Shown in pieces: positions 41,527-56,637 of a stretch of DNA of 64,000 nt. The notes beneath the pieces were generated by a model. It was not told the origin of the DNA. It did no database searches and worked only from the letters and a program-made list of their open reading frames with translations. Source of the stretch: Eledone cirrhosa (Eukaryota); the NCBI GenBank assembly GCA_964016885.1, contig OZ024750.1, positions 18,104,001 to 18,168,000 on the forward strand, given 5' to 3'. Numbering within the stretch: the first letter of the stretch is position 1; every line of letters starts with the position of its first letter. Both the position numbers and the translations under genes were made by a program.

Positions 41527-42439
41527 TAGTATGTTATAATGAGATTAATTCAGTCTACTATAGCCCCCACCTCCTCCTGCACGTATTTATAGGTGTAAAA
41601 TATATATTATTGTAATATCAGTTTTTCTGGTATTAGAGATATTAAAGTTCTGAACCTAATGTCCTACACTGTTTTGTCTGGTCACTTGAGTCCCAGAGTT
41701 CATAAAATAAGTACCAGTCATACGCTAGGGTTAATTATAATCCCCTAAATATTTATAGACTTGTGTCCATCAGAAAAATCATTGTTTGTCGTAGGAATTA
41801 TGCCACACGTATTCATCAGATTATTAGGATGGGTAATGAAATAGTCAACATTCCATTTGCAATATAAAAAAAAATATGCTTTCATGGCTGAATTAACATA
41901 ACTAAAATATCTCATCTATGATGTGAGCTGCATTTGCTTTCTGAAAATGGAATTGCCTCCGTGGTTGAAGTACTTTTGATAGCTATTTTTAGCGTTTAAA
42001 AAATTGAACTTTTGTTCACGTGTAGCTTCTTCGGCAAGTTCCATTTACTACATCCACAGATTGACTCATGCTTCGTGAATGAAATTGGGTAGATGGAAAC
42101 TATTTGGAATCCCTTTGAGTTACAGATACAGTCCATCCGATGGACTTAAAAATAGTTTCCGTCTATCTAACTTCACTCACAAAGCATGGATCGGTCCAAG
42201 ACGTCACGCAATGGGATCGAACTCGACACCTAATGATTTCTAAGCTAACTTCTGAACTATTCGGTCATGCTGTGACTAAGAGCTAGGTTAAAAAATGTTT
42301 AATTAAAGTAGAAATCAATATTGTCTCATAGGAATAATTTGAGGAAAGTGTATATATAGTAACGAAGGGATAGTCGCGGACAAGTATGTTCAAAACAGCA
42401 AACGCTGCACTTAAACTGTCTTGGGAGGCCGTATCAACG

Positions 42440-42840
42440 CAAGAACTAGCCTCGGCGCTAAGAAAATAAAGGCACCAGGAAAAAGAAATTTAGTTTAAGT
42501 ATTTAACAGTCACATATAAAGCACATGGCAAAAATCTTTAATGATTTATTATTCAAAGAACCTGAATAGTTCACTGAGGGGAAAACATGTTAGTCCCCAA
42601 GATTAAAATAACAGCAAAGCCCCAAACCTATAGACCAGCCTGTATTAAATGCAACAATGTCGCAGAAAATAAATAACTACAGGAAAAAAGAAAACTTATT
42701 TCCCGAAGAACAGAGGTTGAGAGGGTTATAAAAATTAATTACTGATAAACGAAGCATAAAAGTCTGAGCATGATATGAATTTACTACTAAAATGCTGTTC
42801 ACAATGTTGCTCAGGCTTGGATGCTGGAAGTATTAGCCAC
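42440..42840 (+). pseudogene. Heavily decayed R4/Dong-like reverse transcriptase fragment
   Basis: Broken frames give KAPG.., FTEGKT..VPK, YRP, NLFPEEQ, SLSMI*IYY..A..W.LEVL, in the order of early RT motifs in RLE-type LINEs. Confidence 0.55.
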
Positions 42841-42848
42841 GAGTAATG

Positions 42849-43017
42849 CAGACCTTGCAACTCTCCGATGGGGGAGATCTCCCACCCACTTTGGGTGGGT
42901 GAAAATGGGTATAACTTTTATTATCTAAAATCTCCCCATTTTGCCTCATTTCTCCCCGTTTTGGGGCTCTTTTTGTCATGGTACTCCCCGTTTGGGTTTT
43001 TAGAGGTTAGCCGGTTT
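42849..43017 (+). mobile_element. MITE M1 (diverged)
   Basis: cagaccttgcaac...ggttagccggttt. Confidence 0.7.
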
Positions 43018-43205
43018 AAATATGGGTGACCTCAATTGGTACGCTGTTGCTGATGAACATAAAAGGCATAAAATTAATCGAAAATGGTAAATTTAATTTC
43101 TTTTCCTGAAAGTTCTGAGTTTTAATCATGGAATCTATTTGCCTCAGTGAAGCTAAAAACGTGACGTAAGTTACAATTATAATCTCATATATACAATTAT
43201 AATCT

Positions 43206-43343
43206 CAAGGTTAACGTATGTTGATGCCCTAAGGACAGACACTGGCCTGTTGGAGACGCAGGACATGGCAGCGATAATGAGGGACAGAGACCGCTGGAGA
43301 GAACTCGTCCATGGATCTCTGGAATTTTACCCGCCTTAGATAT
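43206..43343 (+). mobile_element. RTE LINE 3' end, short 5'-truncated copy
   Basis: Near-identical to the reverse complement of 48200-48334 (RLTYVDALRTDTG...EFYPP*). Confidence 0.85.
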
Positions 43344-43429
43344 AAAAAAAAAAAATCTGGCAAGTTATTGATTTTGCCTATTAATCCGTATGGTGAGCAA
43401 ATACGGTCTCACGTGCTGGCGTCCCCACA

Positions 43430-43532
43430 GCCCCGGCGGACAGGATGGATAAGGCGTTTCCCCGGAGGATAGTAAGGGAGATGCGCTGAAAGAGCCATTC
43501 CAACTCGCGACACTCACACCTGCGGCTGGCTT
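43430..43532 (-). mobile_element. CRE-like RLE C-terminal fragment
   Basis: DNA-level homology to 903-1003. Confidence 0.75.
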
Positions 43533-43769
43533 GCTCAGGTCCGTCATGGATTATCAGTAGGCCTTAGAGATGCTTGTTGGTACCCTTCTCCTCTCCAAGT
43601 GTCCAGCTCTTCACTAAGTTTAGCCTGCGTGCAATATACAAGTACTGGAATGTGGCCTCATAAGCTCACGAAGCCCAAAGTAGGAGTCAGGTGAGAACCA
43701 GTGTATCGTGTATCCGTCCTTCCCGCTGCCGGACAACAAGGTAGTCTCACTATCCGAATATTGAAGAAG

Positions 43770-43990
43770 TCCAAGAACTCACCACCAGATTAGAGAATTT
43801 GTCAAAATGACATGAAATGGAGATCAGCTCAAAACAGAGAACAAGATTCTAATATATAATCATAATCAGAATACAGTAACCCACATCATGCTGAACTGAA
43901 GAAATGTGAAGAAACGAACACTTTCAAATACCTAGAATCCATTTTGACCAAAGGCAGCAGATCACTAAAGGAGATACAAATAATCTCATA
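43770..43990 (+). pseudogene. Decayed RTE-type RT fragment
   Basis: QELTTRLENLSK*HEMEISS..KIL...NTFKYLESILTKGSRSLKEIQ. Confidence 0.65.
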
Positions 43991-44004
43991 TACGGTATTT
44001 TGAT

Positions 44005-44147
44005 GCATTACTGGTACTTTATTTTATCGACCCCGAAAGGATGAAAGGCAAAGTTAACCTCGGTGGGTTTTGAACTCAGGGTGCAGAGAGCCTGGACGAA
44101 TACTGTAAAGTATTCTATCCGACGCTCTAACGATTCTGCTAATTCGT
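44005..44147 (-). mobile_element. S1-related SINE (diverged head)
   Basis: Core and B box on the minus strand. Confidence 0.8.
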
Positions 44148-45398
44148 CTCTTTCCAAGTAAAGCTTTTCAGCAAATATTTTAAACAATAACAACAACATT
44201 TGTAACACACTCGCAATGTAACAGTATAACTTCCATCACCTGTTGACTTTAAATGGGAGGATTAAGTATTTAATTTTGCATTATAATATTTGGCTAAGAA
44301 AAAGCTAGTATGTACCGAAAAACTAATTACTTATAAAATGAGACATTTAAGTAGATTATGTAATGGAAGGAAACACGTAAAAAAAATATCTGAAGAAAAA
44401 TTTAATTTTCTCTCCGTTTTTACATTTTATTTATATTTATATATTTTTTTATTTTAGGTTTTCTTTTAATTTCTAATAATAATACCTATATAAAATACTA
44501 ATAATATAAAAAATAATATTTTGAGTCGGCTAAACTAGACGTGTCTCTTATGAGTCGTGAGTTTCGGAGAAAATATCGGATTACTTTCCAAATTGGATGG
44601 ATTTGTGATGTGTTTGTGTGAAACGGTTATATAACGAAGAGATGAACCTTTCCTTGTTTTTTTTTTTTTTTCTGTGTGGTCGAAAAGAAAGTCTTTATAT
44701 TTCGAATTGAAAGTTTTGCCGTTAGAAAAATTTCTAAAAATATTTGTAATCAAGGTTTCCACCGATTACAGTCTCTAACAAGGTAGTAGCAAAATTTACA
44801 CTCTCAAAATAAATTCTTCAGGTGGTGTCCCATCATGGCCTCAGCCCCTCGGCTGGAACACAAATAAATAAATGATTAAATAACAAAGCGAAGCAAATAG
44901 CACTTATACAGAGACATTTGCAAAAACAGATATACGCATTTTGAGATATATAGCCATAATTTTAATAATAACTTTGCTAGCCAGATAAAAAGCTTTGCAC
45001 ATAGATCAATTCCATGAAAAGAAATACATGGGAAGAGTAGTATGTTGCAAGAGACAATACCTTTGTACTCGAGGAATACAATAAAAAACGAGCAGGCAGA
45101 AAAGTAACATACTTGTGTCTTGCCAACATTGAAATGACTGTCATATGCTCACGAAAGAAGAGTTGAAAAAAAGCAGTAACCGATGTATGAAATGATTTCG
45201 TTTCCATCGACATGGATAAGTATATAAAAGTATATGTTTGGTCTTTAAGGCCACTGACGAGGCGATAAGCCACGTATAGAGAAACAAAATATATAGACTA
45301 CAGCCAAGAGTGTTCATAGTGACGATGACTCTTGATTCATTTTCGAGTTTATGGGACAGTATGGATAGAAGTAAATGCGGAAGTGAAGTGAAATAACT

Positions 45399-45583
45399 GC
45401 TTCTACTTTTGGCACAAGGCCAGCAATTACCCCAGTGTTTTACTGGTACTTTATTTTATCGAGCCCGTAAGGATGAAAGGCAAAGTTAACCTCGGCGAGA
45501 TTTTAACTCAAATCATAAAGGGCCGTAACTCTATGCTGCAAAGCATGGCGTCCGATCTTCTACCGATAATGCCAATCCACCGC
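45399..45583 (-). mobile_element. Full-length S1 SINE with TSD
   Basis: gtgaaataac on both sides. Confidence 0.9.
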
Positions 45584-46842
45584 GTGAAATAACACGAATA
45601 AAATCGGATTTGTGTGAACATCGACTTATTGATGATGCTGACGATGACAATGCTAATTCGTAGTTATATACCATTATGGCCGACTTGAAAGCTTTCCGTC
45701 CAGGTGAACTTGGAATGTAGAGAAAGAAAGAAAGAAAGAAAGAAAGAAATTGGTGAACAATACTAGGCTACAGAATTTACTCTTTCCAGAACATCAGAGT
45801 TTGAAGTTGGTAACTAGGGAGCTGAAACGTTCCCTCTCCAACAACAACCAGTAGCATCATCCCGTCATTTTGTGATAATAGGCAGAAACTTGAAAAGAGA
45901 CAGATCTAGGAGATCGTTGAGTACAGCGGAGAAAACAGGAGTAAAATGCAGGAGAAAGCGAATCCACATGAAAAGCGGGTAAAATACGCAATAGAGATCC
46001 TTTTTCTCGCTAGGACTGCATAAGATTCCTAGTCCTTCCAGTAACCAAAGTGGAACTTATGGATATAATAAACGAATTGAAGGAAGAAGGGAAAATATAG
46101 ATAGAGGAGGAGATTGACTCCGCTTTTGTAGAACCTGATCCTGAAAACCACACAATTATTATACTTACATTTTTATCTCCAGAATTCATAAAACGTTCTC
46201 TCTGCAAAAAAAAAAAAAAAAGATTGGATTAGGGGTACAGTTTAAATGAAATTAGTTTTTGTGTTAATTAAATTATATTTAATTTTTATTATATAGCATT
46301 CTAATAGTTATGTACCCAGGTCAACACGTTCGTCGAGCTACAAATAAATATTTTGTCTCCAATAATATACTTGTAATGCCAGAGTTTCCTTGTTGGTGAA
46401 TTTGTTCCATGGTTATAATGTAAATTGGAGTGCAACATTGCGAACTACGAAAATATTCCTCAATTAAATCATGTATACACAACACACAGCTATGAACTTG
46501 ACTCCATACAAGCAAACATACTGGTCTATTGTAAGCTCAAAGCTTACTATACATTTACACGATACATAGCAATGTGGTCTCACTCCCTAACAACTCGCTC
46601 GACAATCTACTGTTGATATCCTGGTCGGATTTTAGCTGGCTCTCCTATGAAGAAATGGTGATTAAATGACCATTACGTATAAATCGATGTAAATGAAAAG
46701 GGAAATGAAGACAAAATAAAGAACAAAGATCAGCCGAAAAGGTAACAATGTAAGTTCAATGACTATTTTTAAATAACTCCAAAAATTTTATATATTTCAC
46801 AAAAATTATTACATTTTATATCATGTTGATGCAATAATAAGG

Positions 46843-46911
<69 letters not shown>

Positions 46912-46953
46912 TATATATATATATGGATACACACACAAACATATAATATTATT

Positions 46954-47075
46954 ATTCTGAGTTCAAATCCCGCCGAGGTTAACTTTGCCTTTCATCCTTA
47001 CGGGGTCGATAAAATAAAGTACCAGTAATGTACTGGTTAATTGCTGGCCTTGTGCCAACAGTAGAAAACAATTAT
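46954..47075 (+). mobile_element. 5'-truncated S1 SINE
   Basis: B-box, core and tail present. Confidence 0.9.
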
Positions 47076-47178
47076 TATTATTATATTATTTACTATGTTC
47101 ATACGTAGAAAAAGCGCAACCTAAGGTAACAAGGCACAATATTGACCATATCTCCAGATTGTGACAGGGAATAAATAT

Positions 47179-47240
<62 letters not shown>

Positions 47241-47460
47241 TATATATATATTATATATACATATATATTTATATATACATATATATATATATTTTATATA
47301 TACATATATATTATATATACATATATATATATATTTATATATACATATATATTATATATACATATATATATATATATATATTATATATACATATATATAT
47401 ATATTATATATACATATATATATATATTATATATACATGTATATATATCTTTATATATAC

Positions 47461-47499
<39 letters not shown>

Positions 47500-47741
47500 T
47501 ATATATAATATATATATAATATATAATATATATATAATATATATATATATAATATATAATATATATATAATATATATATAATATATATATAATATATATA
47601 TATATTATATATACATATATATATATATTTATATATACATACATATATATATATGTATATTATAAATATATATATATATATATGTATGTATATATATATA
47701 TAAATATATATATATATATTATATATATATATATATATATA

Positions 47742-47871
47742 CTGATGATTTCTAAAGAATGAAACAGTTCTAGCCCTGTAGAATCTCATCTATATTAAAA
47801 CTGTTATACTCTGCTATGTATTGAGTACCTTACTTACTGTGGTTACCTCTGATTCAACCCGGAATAACTTA

Positions 47872-47872
<1 letters not shown>
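47742..47872 (+). mobile_element. Hammerhead family B element (core intact, 5' stem I strand replaced by (TA)n)
   Basis: CTGATGA-tttc taaa gaat-GAAA-cag ttctagcc ctg-TA-gaa plus the family tail. Confidence 0.65.
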
Positions 47873-47908
<36 letters not shown>

Positions 47909-47931
47909 TTATATATATGTATATATATGTA

Positions 47932-47982
<51 letters not shown>

Positions 47983-48199
47983 ATATATTATGTGTGTGTG
48001 TGTATGTGTGTTATTTGCTGGTCTTAGTAGGGACAATAACCTTGTTAGAACCCCAGAGGTAATAATTCCAGGTAATGAGATTTCTTGTTTTTGTAGTAGA
48101 CTTTCATCATATTAAATTCCATGGAGCACTCTAAGGGAGCTACAGATATATACATATATATATGTACACACACACACACATACATATATATCTATCTAT

Positions 48200-48607
48200 C
48201 TAAGGCGGGTAAAATTCCCGAGATCCATGGACGAGTTCTCTCCAGCGGTCTCTGTCCCTCATTATCGTTGCCATGTCCTGCATCTCCAACAGACCAGTGT
48301 CTGTCCTTAGGGCATCAACATACGTTAACCTTGGTCTTCCTCTTCTAGTGTGTCCATGTAGGGGCTCCCAAAGGAGTACTGAGTGCAATGTCAACTCTGG
48401 ATGTCGGTGAGCATGTCCAGCTAACCTCAGTCTCCTCTGTGTCACTTTTGAGCTGACTTTTGGGATGCTCCCATACAGTCTGTACTGCTGTATGGGTCTG
48501 AGACTTGGACACTGACCAAGAAACTCACTCAGATGGTGGATGGGTGCTACACGAGAATGCTGAGGATGGTTCTGAACATTAATCAGTATACACTGAGGAT
48601 GAAAAAC
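48200..48607 (-). mobile_element. RTE LINE 3' end with inverted 5' segment
   Basis: Minus 48200-48481: LYGSIPKVSSKVTQRRLRLAGH..LLWEP.HG..RRGRPRLTYVD..EFYPP*. Plus 48482-48607: VLLYGSETWTLTKKLTQMVDGCYTRMLRMVLNI. Confidence 0.85.
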
Positions 48608-48632
48608 ATACATATATATATATATATATATA

Positions 48633-48863
48633 TAGTAATAATAATAAATATGAAGACAAAAATCCGAAGAGGGTTCGATAAGGATTATATATGTATATAT
48701 AAATATATTTCAAACCCGTAGCGCAAATATTTATTGAAATAGTTGATTAAAGTTTAAGCAAAGAATCCCTGCTTTCACCCTTAACGGGATCTTTAAGAAG
48801 ATCCCGTTAAGGGTGAAAGCTGCGATTCTTTGCTTAAACTTTAATCTGTTATTTTAATAAATA
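48633..48863 (-). mobile_element. Fold-back element family G (about 65-bp imperfect arms plus tail)
   Basis: About 48728-48793 vs 48798-48863; homolog at 56638-56862. Confidence 0.7.
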
Positions 48864-48874
48864 AATATATACAC

Positions 48875-48909
<35 letters not shown>

Positions 48910-48950
48910 TTCAAAATATTAATAAATATAGATATTCATGTGATCAAATA

Positions 48951-49016
48951 TATTTTATTATACATATTTCAGAGATACTGAGCTATTTCAACAGTACGTC
49001 CTCATCAGATAAAATA
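48951..49016 (-). ncRNA. Minimal type I hammerhead motif, family A-related (best formed)
   Basis: Minus strand tattttat-CTGATGA-ggacgtactg..cagtatctct-GAAA-tatgta-TA-ataaaata. Perfect 8-bp stem I; associated with inverted repeat 48908-48960/49074-49126. Confidence 0.8.
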
Positions 49017-49238
49017 AGTTGTTGCTTGACATACCTTGACTATGTTGATGGTTATAATTTAGTTATGGCAGCATAATAAAATATATTTGATCACATGAAT
49101 GTCTATATTTATTAATATTTTGAAGTAATATTAATAACTGCAGAAAACCTTACTGTAGAGTGCTTATAATCTATTGTGAAACTTTATTCATTGATGAATT
49201 CATTGAACCTTGTTAAACTTTTAATTATTATATATATA

Positions 49239-49339
49239 TCCCGCCGAGGTTAACTTTGCCTTTCATCCTTACGGGATCGATAAAATAAAGTACCAGTAAT
49301 ACACTGGGATAATTGCTTGCCTTGTGCCAAAAAGTAGAA

Positions 49340-49345
<6 letters not shown>
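49239..49345 (+). mobile_element. 5'-truncated S1 SINE
   Basis: Core and tail present. Confidence 0.85.
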
Positions 49346-49377
<32 letters not shown>

Positions 49378-49898
49378 TCATACACAGAGAGACAAAGTGC
49401 AATATATCCTTGTGAGAGTGATGCATGTATGTATGTATATATGAGTATGATATATGCGTGTGTATATCATAATAGAGCTTAAATCCAATATAAATATAAA
49501 TACAATCTGAACAAGTAAATAAGCCACTAAAGTAAGATCTGGCGAAAGTGATATTTCATTAAAAAAAGAACGATATTCATTTCAAATGCGTGAAATACTT
49601 CAAACTTAATTGAGTTTACGTTTTCCTCTTGATGGAATTTGAATACTAATTCCATCACGCCTAATACATCTTGGACATTATGTATGCAATCAGATTATAT
49701 ATGATTATTTTAGTAAATTATATTGGTAGCATCTGTATATGTCTATAAAATGGAGACTGCTGTTTTACTTAGGGTCCTGATTTCATCGAGTTTCAAATGT
49801 ATCGTATCTATATTTTATTTATGTATATATGATATATGATATATGATATATGATATATGTGTGCAAGTATAATTTATAATGTATGTATATATAAATAG

Positions 49899-49930
<32 letters not shown>

Positions 49931-50085
49931 ATATATATATATGTATATATATATATGTATATATATATATGTATATATATATATGTATATATATATATGT
50001 ATATATATATGTATATATATGTATATATATATATGTATATATATGTATGTATATATATATGTATATATATATATGTATATATATG

Positions 50086-50164
<79 letters not shown>

Positions 50165-50247
50165 GTATATATATATGTATATATATATATGTGTGTATAT
50201 ATATATATGTATATATATATATGTATATATATATATGTATATATATG

Positions 50248-50296
<49 letters not shown>

Positions 50297-50557
50297 GTAT
50301 ATATATATATGTATATATATATATATGTAATATATATATATGTATATATATATATGTATATATTTATATATATATATATGTATATATTTATATATATATA
50401 TGTATATATTTATATATATATATATGTGTATATATTTATATATATATATATGTGTATATATATATATATGTGTGTATATATATATATATACATATATATA
50501 TGTACATATATATATATATATGTGTATATATATATATATATATACATATATATGTAC

Positions 50558-50633
<76 letters not shown>

Positions 50634-50673
50634 GTGTATATATATATATATATATATTATATATATGTATATA

Positions 50674-50717
<44 letters not shown>

Positions 50718-50791
50718 GTATATATATATATAAAGTTAACCTCGGCGGGATTTGAACTCAGAATAATAATATTATATTTTTGTGTGTGTAT

Positions 50792-50845
<54 letters not shown>

Positions 50846-50848
50846 ATA

Positions 50849-50893
<45 letters not shown>

Positions 50894-50914
50894 ATATATT
50901 TATATATATATATA

Positions 50915-51111
<197 letters not shown>

Positions 51112-51138
51112 GTGTATATATTTATATATATATGTGTG

Positions 51139-51236
<98 letters not shown>

Positions 51237-51369
51237 ATATATTTATATATATATATATATGTGTATATATTTATATATATATATATATATGTGTGTGTAT
51301 ATATTTATATATATATATGTGTGTGTATATATTTATATATATATATATATATATGTGTGTATATATATA

Positions 51370-51423
<54 letters not shown>

Positions 51424-51673
51424 GTTTCTACTTTTGGCACAAGGCCAGCAATTAACCAGTGTATTACTGGTACTTTATTTTATCGACCCTGTAAGGATGA
51501 AAGGCAAAGTTAACCTCGGCGGGATTTGAACTCAGAATGGAAAGGGCCGTAACTCTTTGCGTCATATATAAATATATACACACACATATATATATATATA
51601 TAAATATATACACACACATATATATATATATATATACATATATACACATATATATATATATATAAATATATAC

Positions 51674-51736
<63 letters not shown>

Positions 51737-51750
51737 TATATACATACATA

Positions 51751-51782
<32 letters not shown>

Positions 51783-51799
51783 ATGTGTGTGTATATATT

Positions 51800-51891
<92 letters not shown>

Positions 51892-51942
51892 TTATATATA
51901 TATATATATATATGTATATATTTATATATATATATATATATA

Positions 51943-51993
<51 letters not shown>

Positions 51994-52240
51994 ATATATT
52001 TATATATATATATGTGTATATATTTATATATATATATATATATGTGTATATATTTATATATATATATATATATATATATGTGTATATATTTATATATATA
52101 TATGTGTATATATTTATATATATATATATATATGTGTATATATTTATATATATATATATATATATATATGTGTATATATTTATATATATATATATATATA
52201 TGTGTATATATTTATATATATATATATATATATGTGTATA

Positions 52241-52528
<288 letters not shown>

Positions 52529-52556
52529 TATATATATATATTTATATATATATATT

Positions 52557-52638
<82 letters not shown>

Positions 52639-52646
52639 TATATATA

Positions 52647-52775
<129 letters not shown>

Positions 52776-52795
52776 GTATATATATTTATATATAT

Positions 52796-53068
52796 TGTTA
52801 TACTTTGGGAGGGTCATGTTGCCAATAAGAAACACACGCACCAGTTGCTTTCACTTCAATTTATTATAATAAATTTATAAATTTCCGGTTGGTTGGTTGG
52901 TTCCACAGCCAGATGATTGTTTATATATTGTCAAAGTTCTTTCGTCACACATTCTGTGACCTCTTCAGTGACTGGGGATTCTTTTCTTTGTTTTGTGCCT
53001 CTCCTTTGTTCTGTCCTACGCCATCTTGTTTTTGTGTGTCATGTACATGCTCCTCCCAAAGTATAACA
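52796..53068 (-). mobile_element. 273-bp TG...CA element with terminal inverted repeats, containing a hammerhead
   Basis: tgttatactttgggagg..catgt / acatg..cctcccaaagtataaca. Confidence 0.65.
52930..52972 (-). ncRNA. Minimal type I hammerhead motif, family F
   Basis: Minus strand gtca-CTGAAGA-g-gtcaca gaatg tgtgac-GAAA-gaac-TT-tgac. Intact core, 4-bp stem I, 6-bp stem II. Confidence 0.75.
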
Positions 53069-53430
53069 ATACGGGTTTTCAACACACGTTTTCAGATAAA
53101 GAATCTTGCTAAACAAATTCAGAAACGAAATATTTATATATATATATTTATATATTTATATATATATATGTACATATATATATATTTATATAAATATATC
53201 TATACATATTTATAAACATATATCTATACATACGCACATACAAATATATATATATATATATACAAATATATATATATACTATATATATATATATATTTAT
53301 ACTATATATATATATGTATATATATACTAAATATATATTAATATATATATATATATATTTATACTATATATATATATGTATATATATACTAAATATATAT
53401 TAATATATATATATATACTATATATATATA

Positions 53431-53468
<38 letters not shown>

Positions 53469-53480
53469 TATATATATATA

Positions 53481-53518
<38 letters not shown>

Positions 53519-53563
53519 TATATATATATATATATATTATATATATATATATATATATATTTA

Positions 53564-53603
<40 letters not shown>

Positions 53604-54762
53604 TAAATATATATTAATATATATATATATATATATACTATATATATATATATACTATATATATATATATACTATATATATATATATACTATATATATAT
53701 AATATTTTTTTTAATATACATATATATATATGTATATATATACTATATATATATATACTATATATATATAAACTATATATATATATACTATATATGTATA
53801 TATACTATACATATATATATACTACATATACTATATATATATATACTATATATATATATATATACTATATATATGTATATACTATATATATATATACTAT
53901 ATATATATACTACATATATATATACTACATATATATATATACTACATATACTATATATATACTATATATATATACTATATATATATATATACTATATATA
54001 TATATACTATATATATACTATATATATATATGCACTATATATATATATACTATATATATATATACTATATATATATATACTATATATATATATATTCACT
54101 ATATATATATATACTATATATATATATACACTATATATATATATACTATATATATATACTATATATATACTATATATATACTATATATATACTATATATA
54201 TACTATATATATACTATATATATATACTATATATATATACTATATATATATACTATATATATATACTATATATATATACTATATATATATACTATATATA
54301 TATACTATATATATATACTATATATATATATATACTATATATATATACTATATATATATACTATATATATATACTATATATATATACTATATATATATAC
54401 TATATATATATATACTATATATATATACTATATATATACTATATATATATATATATATACTATATATACATTTATATATATATACTATATATACTATATT
54501 TATATATATATACTATATATACTATATATATATACTATATATATATATATTGGTATATTTCTAGATAAATAGATAGATGGATACACTTATAAATATACTT
54601 ATGCGCTATTTAGATACTGATAAATATTCTCATCAACGCACAAACATACCTACACACCTATATATAAACATATACATATATACACATCTATATGTATACA
54701 TATATATATATTTATATGTGTGTGTGTGCGTGTGTGTGTCTATGTATTTAAGTATGAATGTA

Positions 54763-54807
<45 letters not shown>

Positions 54808-55682
54808 CATACATACATACATACATACATACATACATACATACATACATACATACATGCATACATACACTCTCTGGTTTATTTCTATTTGCTTTCTTCC
54901 TTTTTTTGCACCTTGACGTGTTTTCGACTTGAACTCGATAAGAGAGAAATGAAAGAAACAACAAGGTTAAATTGTTCCATTTTTTAAAAAATTTACTTTG
55001 GTGTTTTTTCTTTCCTTCCCTGTTGTTTATTTCGTTTCGGTGTAAGTTGATCGCTGGATCGTTGATTAGTTTTACATCGACCCTATTAAGGTTGCATTCA
55101 GGGAGCATCCAGTACACACGCGATCGATGTCGGAAACCAAAGAAGCATGTCGTGGTTGATGATTAGTCTCTCTACATGAGAGCAGTAACTCTAATGGTGT
55201 CTTGCGGGTGCTAAACAACAAGCAACAGCAGCAGCCACAACAACAACAAAAACAACATCAACAACAACAAGAACAGCATCAACAACAACAAGCAACAACA
55301 ACAACAAGCAACAACATCAACAAGCAACAACAACAACAAGCAACAATAACAACAACGACAACAACGAAATCACTTGCCAATTACAATAAATAATAAGTCG
55401 TGAAACAAAACAACAAACAAAAAAATAACCCAAGCTACTTCAATCCCTCCTCCAACTTTAATAAGTAAAAAAAAGGAATGAAAACGAAAGAATTTACAAC
55501 AAAAACAACATCAACAACAACAGTAGCAGCAAAAATAACAGCAGTAGCAGCAGCAGTAGTAGCAGGAGCAGCAAAGTTGTAAGCAGACGTTAAAAATATA
55601 AATATAAATACATTAGCAAATCCACAAATAGCGAAACGAAGGAGAAAACAAGAAAAACATAGATATAGATAAATTGATAGAC

Positions 55683-55733
<51 letters not shown>

Positions 55734-55891
55734 CTGGCTCTCACACACACACGCACGCACACAGACGTACTGGCTCTCACACACACACGCATGCACACAG
55801 ACATATTGGCTCTCACACACACACATACACACACATACGCACGCACACAGACGTACTGGCTCACTCACACACACACACACACATACACATA

Positions 55892-56180
55892 TACTCGATA
55901 TGCTATCCGGCGTTGCTCAGTAAATAATGTACTGAGTTGGTTGCGAGTTTGTTGAATGGAAATTATGGTAATTATACATGAATTTATGATATCAGAAATA
56001 ATGGTTATATTATGAGTAAAATCATGTTTTTAAAATATAACGTCCATTCCATCTGCAAACTGAACCCCACGCAGTCATGATAGGGCCAAACAGCCTATCT
56101 TGGGCTTCTTTTATAAACCGGAGGAGTCAGATCTAAACACAACCGATTTCTTGCAGAAATAAAGAGTTACAGATAGGAAG
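55892..56180 (+). mobile_element. Possible decayed Helitron/Helentron-type non-autonomous element
   Basis: Starts tactcg...tccggcgttgctcag, resembling the 'ctag..acccggcgttgctcggg' start of such elements; the end is poorly defined. Confidence 0.3.
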
Positions 56181-56637
56181 TGAAAGAAGAGATATAGAGG
56201 AAGAATTGACCCCAGTACTATACTGGTACTTTTTTTTCCATTGCTCTTGTGCCTTTCATAAACTTAGGAGAATCTACATAGCACAGTGTTGCAACAAAGC
56301 TGTCCTAGAGATGGAGGAGATGACGGTGGGAGTTCGACTCTTCTGTGTTCGGACACATTTCACCTGTGAAGAGTGTATTTTCATAACAACACCTTCAGTC
56401 CTATCTATACTGCTTTAATATACACCATGTTCTTTTTTAAGCATTCCTTAAATATATCTGACGTCTGGTGAATACATTTCTACTTATAATTGTCTAGTGG
56501 TTCTCAGAGACTCATGTCACATTTTTCTCCTTATAACCCAGGTTCAGCAATTCCACTCCCATTTTGAATTGACATCTAATAATGGTACAACTATATATAT
56601 ATATATATACTATATATATATACTATATATATATATA

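Noticed and set aside
43050-43092. CTGATGA...GAAA
   Set aside because: No stems can be formed; chance match.
45253-45280. CTGACGA-ggc gataa gcc hammerhead-like string
   Set aside because: GAAA is missing after stem II and stem I does not pair.
45990-46210. Coding-like acidic peptide (LVLPVTKVELMDIINELKEEGKI*...)
   Set aside because: In-frame stop and no recognisable motif; possibly a TE ORF1 relic, but unsupported.
55202-55393. Poly-Q exon candidate
   Set aside because: Short (CAA)n repeat with no recognisable domain or convincing splice context.
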